Positions 18,434 to 26,678 of a stretch of DNA of 31,840 nt are shown here, piece by piece. Both the position numbers and the translations under genes were made by a program. The notes under the pieces were generated by a model, which worked only from the letters and a program-made list of their open reading frames with translations, did not search any database and was not told the DNA's origin. The DNA comes from Promethearchaeia archaeon. GTDB taxonomy: Archaea > Asgardarchaeota > Lokiarchaeia > Sigyniarchaeales > SOKP01. Location of the stretch: positions 1 through 31,840 of the forward strand of contig JAWOFX010000098.1 in NCBI GenBank assembly GCA_046497275.1, written 5' to 3'. Each line of letters starts with the position of its first letter. Positions within the stretch are counted from its first letter, which is position 1.

Positions 18434-18955
18434 TTAGATATTTTTAAAACTTTCTAAACAAGATCTCGCAATATTTTGAAACGCTTTTTCAACATTTTCG
18501 CCTGTCTTGGCAGATGTTTCCATATATTCACATTTCAAACGATCTGCTAAATCTCTAGCCTCAGATTCATCTATTTTTCTTTCCAAATCTATCTTATTTC
18601 CTAGAAGAATCATTGGAATATTTTTTTTCACGGATTTTTTTATTGAAGAGACCCATCCAGGTATTTTTAGTAATGATTGTGGTTCAGTAACATCATAAAC
18701 TCCCAAAGCTCCGTTACTTCCTTTAAAATAAATTGATCTTAATTTCTGAAATGCTGTCTGTCCGGCTATATCCCAAATTAATAATCTAATATCATTTCCT
18801 TCAATTATTAAATCTTTTATCAGAAAATTAGAGCCGATAGTCTTTTTTAGATCGGCTGTAAAAGTATCTTTGATGAATCTTAATAGAAGGGAAGTTTTCC
18901 CGACAAATGAACTTCCGAACAATGTAATTTTAAATTTGTAGCTTTTTTTCGAAAT
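18434..18955 (-). CDS. Rab-like small GTPase; start extended upstream of the tracked TTG (18922) to a probable ATT/ATA
   Basis: G1 GSSFVGKTS, G2 TIGSNF, G3 WDIAGQ, G4 NKID, G5 TSAK. The upstream in-frame sequence reads ISKKSYKFKITL (beta1 strand). Confidence 0.93.
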   Translation of the reverse strand: MSKKSYKFKITLFGSSFVGKTSLLLRFIKDTFTADLKKTIGSNFLIKDLIIEGNDIRLLIWDIAGQTAFQKLRSIYFKGSNGALGVYDVTEPQSLLKIPGWVSSIKKSVKKNIPMILLGNKIDLERKIDESEARDLADRLKCEYMETSAKTGENVEKAFQNIARSCLESFKNI

Positions 18956-19077
18956 TTTTATAACCCTTTTAATTTATTGAATTACTCGAATAATTTACAC
19001 ATTATATTTCTTATATATAACTAACAAATATTTATATATTTTTAAAAAATTTGAAAGTTTCTATACTAATCTAATTA

Positions 19078-20457
19078 TTATGATACTGAGTCTTTTTTAT
19101 TTTTTTTATGCTTTCCTTTTATAAATTCTTCAGTTTTTTGAATTCCTTCTTTTGTCTTCTTATAGACTTTTTTAGAGGTTTTTGTGATCTCTTCATCTGT
19201 TTTTTGTGTGATTTTTCCGATTTGAATCATTAACCACTCAGGTGACCCAACACCATTGAAATACTTAATCCATACGTACATTAAGAATCCAAGAAAGCCA
19301 GTAAAAGCAATATATGTAAATGCAAAAAACCATATTTCAAATGCTCTATAGAAAAGGCCAAGAAATACAAATAATATTAAAAACAGAGATAAAGATATCT
19401 TACCATAAAATATGACCATTTTGATGAATAAGTTATCTTTCTTTTTAATATCGATATAATAGAGAGCGATCCCCATGATAAATATGGCAAATCCAATATT
19501 ATACCATAAATTTGATGAATAAGCACGAATTAAAAACGCGGGCATTCCGGGATAACGTCCAAGAGGGATAAATGGATTTGTATTCGCACTTGTAAATAAT
19601 CCAACATGAGGATAAAGAGCTGGATCTACAGTATAAGGGGTTTCTAATCTAAATCCAAAAAAGATTCCCGCACATATTAAAAAAATACCTGAATAGAAAA
19701 ACATTTTAAATAATTTTCTAAGGGCTTCATCAGTCCCGATGATCATGGCTTCATAAAGATATTCTCCAAAGATAGTTGATATAAAACATATCGAGATATA
19801 GGGAAGAACCGGTAATTGAGGAACTGGTGAATTGATGATGAAATCAATAATTGAATAAAAAATATTATCTCCTCGATTATAATAAAAAAATTCACGTATA
19901 TTAGGTCCATATTGAAGGAGGATAACACCTATAATCACTCGGGGGATTTTTCCAACTTTCAATGCGTAATAAGAAAAGATTTGTGAAAATCCAATAAAAA
20001 AGAGTATATTCCATCCCCAAAAATTTAGAGGAAAAATAGTTCCCCCGCCATAGAAGAGAATATTGAAAACCCCCCCAATTAATATTATTGAGAGTCCTCT
20101 CGAAAAAATTCGATCACGAATTGCGTTTTGAGAGAGTTGATTTTCTTTTCTTTTAATGGTAAAAATAACAGAGAGAGCAGAAAGAAAAACGAACATAGTT
20201 GGTCCTAAAATATCTAAAAATGCGAACACTATCCCCCAAAGAAAAAGCCAATCTGTATTAAACCATGGTTCTGCATAATGTGCTAAAATAATAAAAATTA
20301 TAGAAAATCCTTTAACAAAATCGATTGAATTTAGTCTTTTTGGAGATTCGATATTTTTTATTTCATCTATTGTTATTTCTTCTCTCAAATAATTAAGCAA
20401 ATCGGGAGATTCTATATCTTTCTTTTCTATTACTATAGTATCTTCTCTATTAGCCAT
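19078..20457 (-). CDS. DUF1624 / HGSNAT-like polytopic membrane acyltransferase
   Basis: RLNSIDFVKGFSIIFIILAH N-terminal motif; ~10-11 TM segments; charged Lys-rich tail. Confidence 0.8.
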   Translation of the reverse strand: MANREDTIVIEKKDIESPDLLNYLREEITIDEIKNIESPKRLNSIDFVKGFSIIFIILAHYAEPWFNTDWLFLWGIVFAFLDILGPTMFVFLSALSVIFTIKRKENQLSQNAIRDRIFSRGLSIILIGGVFNILFYGGGTIFPLNFWGWNILFFIGFSQIFSYYALKVGKIPRVIIGVILLQYGPNIREFFYYNRGDNIFYSIIDFIINSPVPQLPVLPYISICFISTIFGEYLYEAMIIGTDEALRKLFKMFFYSGIFLICAGIFFGFRLETPYTVDPALYPHVGLFTSANTNPFIPLGRYPGMPAFLIRAYSSNLWYNIGFAIFIMGIALYYIDIKKKDNLFIKMVIFYGKISLSLFLILFVFLGLFYRAFEIWFFAFTYIAFTGFLGFLMYVWIKYFNGVGSPEWLMIQIGKITQKTDEEITKTSKKVYKKTKEGIQKTEEFIKGKHKKNKKDSVS

Positions 20458-20573
20458 TTTACGTTTATCCTTGTTTTTTCAAAAAATAAAAATTTATTAT
20501 TACTATATAGTATATTTTAATTGATGTTTTATTTGAATTTTTTTATTTAAAATTAGTACTATATCATATTGCT

Positions 20574-20972
20574 ATGAATGATAAAAAATACCAAAATTTT
20601 AATATCTTAGGGATTATTGGTTCTATATTAATAATTATTTCAGAATTTATACCTTGGTTTTCATCTATATCTCTTTTTGAATACTACCTCATAACTATTT
20701 ATTCTGCTCTCCAAGATGCTTTTTTATATCTTTTTCCTCTTATGAGTGGAATTATATGTCTTGCTGGCAATATTTTAATGTTTTTTGACCCCAAGCATCG
20801 GTTAAGATTTGGTATATTGAATATAATTGGATTAGGGTTCCTTTTTATATTCTTATTACAATTCATTCCCATACATCCATTATCATATATAATAAACCAT
20901 ATAGGGATTTATATCTTTTTTACCGGCTTTATCTTAGTAATTTTAAATCTAATTAATAAATTAATAATATAA
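20574..20972 (+). CDS. Small membrane protein (~4 TM)
   Basis: Four hydrophobic stretches; followed by the next gene on the same strand after 21 bp. Confidence 0.8.
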   Translation: MNDKKYQNFNILGIIGSILIIISEFIPWFSSISLFEYYLITIYSALQDAFLYLFPLMSGIICLAGNILMFFDPKHRLRFGILNIIGLGFLFIFLLQFIPIHPLSYIINHIGIYIFFTGFILVILNLINKLII

Positions 20973-20993
20973 ACGTATAATTTTGATGTATAA

Positions 20994-21884
20994 TTGAAAA
21001 ATAGAGATAAAGAGAACGGAGTTTCAGTAGAAAACGGAGATATGAATAACATCGAATCAGATTTCTATTATGCTTTAGGTCATGATATACGTAGAAGTAT
21101 AATAGAAATCATTGGAAATTCTGGATTTACATCGTTTACGAAACTTAAAAAGGAACTTCAAGTTTCCACAGGTACAATTTATCATCATCTTGATACATTA
21201 TCCAAACTAATTAAACAAAAAAAGAATAAAAAATATTATTTGACAGATTTAGGAGAATTAGCATATTCTTCTTTAGAAAATAATAAAAGAGAATTTGAAT
21301 TGTCCGAAAATTCTAATAAAGGATATAAATTTCCAATTATCACAATTATTTCTTCATTTTTTTCTAAAATAATTGACCCAGAAAAAAAAATTAATACTAT
21401 ATATATCAGTATTTTTTCGATCCTAATTCTGATTCTTGGTATTATTTTTAGTGAAATAAATCAATTTTATTCTATACTTCTTTTCTTTAGACAAATTGGT
21501 TCCATAACTCTGCCCTTTTTACCTAGTTTGACCTATATTTTGAACTTTATTATATTCTTTTTTTTGACTGAATTGTTATCGAGATTATTTTATAGAAAGA
21601 AAAAAAATATTATCCCTCTATTATTAACTTTTCCTGTAGTCTTATTGCCTATGGACTTTTATCTAATAATTCATTCTATATTTACATTCCTTGGGATTAC
21701 AGAATTAGCTTTGATCTATTTTATTGATAAAATATTGTTGGTTTTTTTTCAAGCTATTTCAATTTTATTCCTAACCTATATTTTAGGGGAGATCAAGGAA
21801 TTAAGATTGGAAAATGGATTTATAATCTCTTTATTAATCCATCTTACTGGCTTTACGATCTTGATTCTTTTTATTTCATTTTAA
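20994..21884 (+). CDS. ArsR-type wHTH fused to a multi-TM (Yip1-like) domain
   Basis: YYALGHDIRRSII...SFTKLKKELQVSTGTIYHHLDTL...KYYLTDLGE, followed by ~5 TM helices. Confidence 0.8.
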   Translation: MKNRDKENGVSVENGDMNNIESDFYYALGHDIRRSIIEIIGNSGFTSFTKLKKELQVSTGTIYHHLDTLSKLIKQKKNKKYYLTDLGELAYSSLENNKREFELSENSNKGYKFPIITIISSFFSKIIDPEKKINTIYISIFSILILILGIIFSEINQFYSILLFFRQIGSITLPFLPSLTYILNFIIFFFLTELLSRLFYRKKKNIIPLLLTFPVVLLPMDFYLIIHSIFTFLGITELALIYFIDKILLVFFQAISILFLTYILGEIKELRLENGFIISLLIHLTGFTILILFISF

Positions 21885-23176
21885 TTTGATTTTATTATAA
21901 AATCTTTTTTTTGTAAATAAGATTTGATAGAAGCTATCTTTTCTCTTGATTTAGTCAAGCTTTTTTCTTTAGTAGCTACAAAACATGAATATTGGTTTCG
22001 GTTATCATCAAAAGCGATTGGAGGTGTAATAAATTCAGGAAATTTTTTTTCCATTTCAGGGATTAGTTCTTCTTTCAACTTTTTTTCAAAGAGTGGTCCA
22101 CTATAAATCAATTCTATTCTTGTAAATATAGAGGTACCTATTATCCTCACTTTATAATTTTGATTAAAACCACTCAAATTCATTAAAAACTTTACGGGAT
22201 TTTTAGTTAAGATCTTTCTAATTCCAATGTAAGAAGTGGTCAGGCGTGGATTGATTTCAAGAAAAAAAATTTCTGTATCTTTTAGGATGAAATCGATTCC
22301 GTATAGACCTCCAAATTCGGTAAATTTTACTTTTTTTAGTATCTTCTCTAGCAATCGTTTTTTTTCTTCAAATTTTTCAATCGGAGTTTCTCCGCCAAGA
22401 TATTCAGAGGCTTTATTGGTTTCATTAATTTGTATATTTTGGGTATTAATTGATAATATAATAGGTTTTATTCTTTTCTCTTTTTTAATCGAATTTAATA
22501 ATGATATACTTGAATTTTTTCCCCTAATAAACTTTTGAATTATGTAATTTCTTCCTTTTTCAAAACTTGATTCAAAATTATCTAGTAATCTATTTAATTC
22601 AGATTCGTTTTCTATTTTAATAATAGATTCTGCTCCCACACCATCATCAGGTTTAATGATTATTGGGGCTCCTATTTGTTTAAATTTATCTATGATATAT
22701 TTTTTTAAGGGGTATTCATTTTTCAGAGGAATTAAATAGGTTTCAGGGGTTTTTAAGTGATGGGATAAAAAATACTTATACGTTTTGTATTTAGAAGAAG
22801 CTATCTCTATTCCTTTTAAATTAACACTTAATAATTTCTTATTGTTTTTAATTACTATTTGGCTTAATTCCGATAAAATATTTGAAAATTCTGGTGCAAT
22901 AATAAAACAATACTCACTTTCTTTTACTCGAGATAAAAATTCTTTTTTATAATCATCCTCAGATTCAACATATTTGATTGAATCTATGTCTAATATTTCT
23001 GATAAGAATCTTATCCGATTATCTAAAAGGGAGATAACTTCAAGATCCAAATATTTGAAATCATCTACAATTGAACGCAACATTCCAAAACCTTCACAAA
23101 AAAGTGAAGATGGAATTTTAATATTATTAAAACCTCCACCAGAAATGAATTCATAAACAAATATTTTACTACACAT
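21881..23176 (-). CDS. ATP-grasp ligase, MfnD (tyramine-glutamate ligase)/COG1821-like, with C-terminal extension
   Basis: KIFVYEFISGGG, EGFGML, IIAPE, IIKPDDGVGA, QKFIRG, YLGGETP, YGIDF, EINPRLTTSYIG. Start set at the first ATG (23176). Confidence 0.85.
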   Translation of the reverse strand: MCSKIFVYEFISGGGFNNIKIPSSLFCEGFGMLRSIVDDFKYLDLEVISLLDNRIRFLSEILDIDSIKYVESEDDYKKEFLSRVKESEYCFIIAPEFSNILSELSQIVIKNNKKLLSVNLKGIEIASSKYKTYKYFLSHHLKTPETYLIPLKNEYPLKKYIIDKFKQIGAPIIIKPDDGVGAESIIKIENESELNRLLDNFESSFEKGRNYIIQKFIRGKNSSISLLNSIKKEKRIKPIILSINTQNIQINETNKASEYLGGETPIEKFEEKKRLLEKILKKVKFTEFGGLYGIDFILKDTEIFFLEINPRLTTSYIGIRKILTKNPVKFLMNLSGFNQNYKVRIIGTSIFTRIELIYSGPLFEKKLKEELIPEMEKKFPEFITPPIAFDDNRNQYSCFVATKEKSLTKSREKIASIKSYLQKKDFIIKSN

Positions 23177-23281
23177 AAGTAATCCAATATTTCTCAATAG
23201 ACATTAATAACAAAAATTAATGAATGATGAATTAATTACTTAACTTAATTTACTTAAAAAACAATTAATTGTGAATAAAAA

Positions 23282-24520
23282 ATGGAATACTTTCCTAATG
23301 AAGAAATTCTCCAAAGAATTCGCTATTTACATTTTAAAATAAAGCATTTGGAGGAGAATCTTGAAAAATACGAGGAAGAAGTCGATCTAGATTCTTTGAA
23401 TTATATATTAGAATATACTCGAATATTAAATATAAATTATGGTAATGATATGCATAAGCCTATCCTTGAGAAGCTTGATATAACTCAAACATTCTACGAC
23501 CCAGAATTTAATGAGGAGATAGAAATAAAAGATATAATCTTTGAATGTGCAAGAGTGTTATGGGTATTAGCGCGAGCTTATTCTTATTTATCTGAATCCT
23601 ATGAGGAGGAAGAGGAATGGCAGAATGCTATTGTCTCTATGGTTGAATGTAGTAAAATGTATAAAGCTTCTGCATATTTCAGTGCTGCTTCAATCTTTCA
23701 AGATAAAACCGGAGAAGTTTTATCTTCCGAGAATCTAGAATTAAAATCAGAAGAAGCACGTATTATTGCTCAAGGAATAGCAGCTACTAGAGAAGAAAAT
23801 AAAAATAATATTTATTTTGCTTCTAAATTATATGCAGGTCTCTCAGCACTTTCTAAAAGATTATTTTATTTAAAAAAACATGAAGAGAAAAGAAAACAAC
23901 AAATCAGAGCACAATTTCATTATGATATGGGTAGGGCATGTTTCTTAAAGGCAAAAGCATCGGTTGAATCATCAATAACGCCAATAAATGAAGAAAAAGT
24001 ATTAAAATTGCAACAAAAAGCTAATTTCTACTATAATAAGGCAGAAGAGATTTGGAAGAGTATGATTAATAATTTAAAGGATATCTCTCCTGAGGAAAAA
24101 GAAACAATCGAAAATAATTTGATGGTTGTCAGAGAAAATATAAAAGAAAATGATGTGGATACCTTGGAATATGAAGAGATCAAAAGAATTCAGGATCCTG
24201 AACCCGTAGTAATCATTCCAGAAAACTTGGCCCCCTTTGTTCCTAAATCAACAGTGTATCTAACAAAATTTGTCCCTAAAGATGTAAATGATAAAAGATT
24301 TAGAAAATTTAAAAAGAAAAAATTAGAAAAAAAGATACCATATTCTAGGAAGGAAAAACTTTTAGATAAGAAAGCAGGGATATTAAGGACAATAAATGAA
24401 CTCAAAGTTTTGAAAGAGGCTAATGAAATAGACTTAGAAAAATTCGCAGACTTGATGGAAAGATATTCTACTAAGATACAGATGATAAATACAGCTATAG
24501 AAAAGCTAGGGAAGAAATAA
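23282..24520 (+). CDS. Helical-repeat protein; candidate BRO1-like domain + C-terminal steadiness-box-like hairpin
   Basis: Clearly coding (412 aa). TFYD-x10-DIIFECARVLWVLA resembles the BRO1 core; C-terminal TINEL-x8-IDLEKF resembles the Vps23/TSG101 SB. The domain calls are inference. Confidence 0.6.
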   Translation: MEYFPNEEILQRIRYLHFKIKHLEENLEKYEEEVDLDSLNYILEYTRILNINYGNDMHKPILEKLDITQTFYDPEFNEEIEIKDIIFECARVLWVLARAYSYLSESYEEEEEWQNAIVSMVECSKMYKASAYFSAASIFQDKTGEVLSSENLELKSEEARIIAQGIAATREENKNNIYFASKLYAGLSALSKRLFYLKKHEEKRKQQIRAQFHYDMGRACFLKAKASVESSITPINEEKVLKLQQKANFYYNKAEEIWKSMINNLKDISPEEKETIENNLMVVRENIKENDVDTLEYEEIKRIQDPEPVVIIPENLAPFVPKSTVYLTKFVPKDVNDKRFRKFKKKKLEKKIPYSRKEKLLDKKAGILRTINELKVLKEANEIDLEKFADLMERYSTKIQMINTAIEKLGKK

Positions 24521-24545
24521 ATTGCTAAAAATACAATACCTTCTA

Positions 24546-25016
24546 CTATTTTAGATATTTATTTCGATTTTTATTTATATTTGCATTTCTTTTATCCTCC
24601 TCTACAAAGAGAATGTCATAAACTTGACTTAAAACTGTGTAAATAAGAAGCAATTCAAAGAGCAAAAGTACAAATGAAATTAATTTTTCTAAAAGAGCCA
24701 TCTCCAAAAAGAGAAAGAAAATAAGAAATCCAGGTTGAGGTAAATAAATTAAGACTAAGATTCCCCAAATTTTTGTATATTTTATAATATAAACAAGTTC
24801 TAATTTAAAGATTTTCTTTACTCTAAGACCTTCTAAAAGAAAAATTGGGGCAATAATTAAATTCATAATACATAATCCTAAGATAAAACTTATTTCAAGT
24901 TGTTCTAATGAGAGAAAGGGTCTTGCAATAAAGGATCCTATAAGGATACCTAGAGATAAAAATATTATAAAAAAACTAAGTGAAATCAGTCCCTCTTGAA
25001 ATTCTTTAAGATCCAT
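24546..25016 (-). CDS. Membrane protein (~4 TM)
   Basis: Hydrophobic ORF with an ATG start; no motif recognised. Confidence 0.75.
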   Translation of the reverse strand: MDLKEFQEGLISLSFFIIFLSLGILIGSFIARPFLSLEQLEISFILGLCIMNLIIAPIFLLEGLRVKKIFKLELVYIIKYTKIWGILVLIYLPQPGFLIFFLFLEMALLEKLISFVLLLFELLLIYTVLSQVYDILFVEEDKRNANINKNRNKYLK

Positions 25017-25074
25017 TATCAGTTATCCATTTTAGAAAAGATAATTAAGTAATATAAAACTAATTTATAATACA

Positions 25075-25341
25075 ATGTCAGATACATTATCGTTATTAAT
25101 ATACCTTAAAAATATGCTTTCTGATTTAACTTATATCAATGGTGTAATTGCAACAGAATTGATGAAAGTAACTGAAAACTTAGCAGCGATGCGTCATGGT
25201 GAGGATTTCTTAAAAAATAGTAATTGCATCCCAGAACATGAAAAATTAAATCAAAAAATTATCGAAATAATCAAAAAATATAAAATAAGTCCCGAGGATA
25301 ATGAAATTCTCGAGAAACATGTTTTGAAACATAATGATTAA
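25075..25341 (+). CDS. Small helical hypothetical protein (88 aa)
   Basis: ATG start, protein-like composition, same strand as the downstream IscU-like gene. Confidence 0.8.
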   Translation: MSDTLSLLIYLKNMLSDLTYINGVIATELMKVTENLAAMRHGEDFLKNSNCIPEHEKLNQKIIEIIKKYKISPEDNEILEKHVLKHND

Positions 25342-25450
25342 ACCACTTCTGTAAGACGGCATATTTTAGTTAATAATAGAAAATTTTTATTTGATTTTCT
25401 GATTAAAAAGCTTACTATTTATATGAAAAGATAAGGGGAATTGTTGAAAA

Positions 25451-25894
25451 ATGGATAAAAATAGTTTCGATGATTTTGTGGACAAACTTCAACAAGAGAT
25501 TATCGATGAAGAGCTTAAAGAATACAATGAATATATTGTAAATTTATTTCATAACCCCAAAAACTGGGGAAAGCCAAAAGATGCAGAATTCACAGTAGAT
25601 AAATCATATCTCGGTCCTTGTGGTGATACTATGCAGTTCTTTTTAAAAATAGATGATGAAGGAATTATTAGAAAAGCTAATTTCATCACGGACGGTTGTG
25701 GGGCTTCTGTGGCAACAGGAAGTCAAACAACTCTCATGATTGAAGGAAAATCGTTTGAAGAAGCAAAAAAATTAACTGCTAAAGAAATAGATAATGCGTT
25801 AAATGGACTTCCTGACGATCATAAACATTGTGCTGAATTGGCAGTCCAAACGTTGAGAAAAACTATTGAAAAGTATAAAAAAGATAAAATTTAA
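25451..25894 (+). CDS. iscU: IscU/NifU-N Fe-S scaffold protein
   Basis: FHNPKNWG, PCGDTM, DGCG, KHCAELA: three conserved Cys plus Asp and His. Confidence 0.92.
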   Translation: MDKNSFDDFVDKLQQEIIDEELKEYNEYIVNLFHNPKNWGKPKDAEFTVDKSYLGPCGDTMQFFLKIDDEGIIRKANFITDGCGASVATGSQTTLMIEGKSFEEAKKLTAKEIDNALNGLPDDHKHCAELAVQTLRKTIEKYKKDKI

Positions 25895-25903
25895 ACTCTT
25901 TAT

Positions 25904-26623
25904 ATGGAAGATATTTCAGTTGAAGATATTGATATTCCAATTGAAGGAGAGGATTTAGTTCTAAAAGGTAGTATTTACTTTTCTTCTAAAACTCCTTCCG
26001 AGGGATCTTGGATAATTAATATGCCTGGTCTATTAGATCATAGAGAGAGTTACTTTGTGAAATTATATTCAGAAAAGTTTACAACGGAGGGGTTTTATGT
26101 CCTTTCCTATGATTATCGTGCTCATGGTGAAACGGCTAAACAAACTGGTAAGAATTGGCTTAAAAATCTTTCAGCAATATTCTCAGATTTTAATTATGTG
26201 ATAGATTGGCTTTTTAAAACCCAAAAAAAAAGACTAAATACGAATAAAGTATATTTATTTGGCAGAAGTTTAGGAGGTGCAATTATTCTGACCCGAGGAT
26301 TTAGAGATGAGAGAATAAAAAAATTAATCGCATTATGTACCCGATATGATTATCATAGCGTTGCAAATATCTCATTTCCAGAGGAGATAATTAAAGAAGT
26401 AAGCCCAATTTATTATCTTGAGGAAAGAAAATCAAATATAAACCGAATACTATTATCTCATTGCGAGGATGATCCACGTATACCATTTAAAAATCTTTCA
26501 TTCATAAAAAATCATTTAAATCTTCCGGATTCTAATGTTATTATCTATAAAGATGGTGGACATTCTTTTAAGAACCATCGTGATGATCTTTTTGAAAAAT
26601 GTTTAGAATTCTTAAAAAATTAA
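25904..26623 (+). CDS. Alpha/beta hydrolase
   Basis: YDYRAHGET, GRSLGG nucleophile elbow, EDDPRIP, GGHSF. Confidence 0.9.
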   Translation: MEDISVEDIDIPIEGEDLVLKGSIYFSSKTPSEGSWIINMPGLLDHRESYFVKLYSEKFTTEGFYVLSYDYRAHGETAKQTGKNWLKNLSAIFSDFNYVIDWLFKTQKKRLNTNKVYLFGRSLGGAIILTRGFRDERIKKLIALCTRYDYHSVANISFPEEIIKEVSPIYYLEERKSNINRILLSHCEDDPRIPFKNLSFIKNHLNLPDSNVIIYKDGGHSFKNHRDDLFEKCLEFLKN

Positions 26624-26678
26624 TTTTAAAGTAATTATTACATAATTATTATTAAATAATCTTATTTGAGGAATTAAT

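Noticed and set aside
6156-19928. Other short overlapping ORFs in the track (6156, 7407, 8783, 10090, 10579, 10930, 11494, 12440, 13339, 13896, 15356, 17435, 18507, 19743)
   Set aside because: Each lies within or antisense to a motif-supported CDS and shows antisense-type composition (rich in F/S/I/L).
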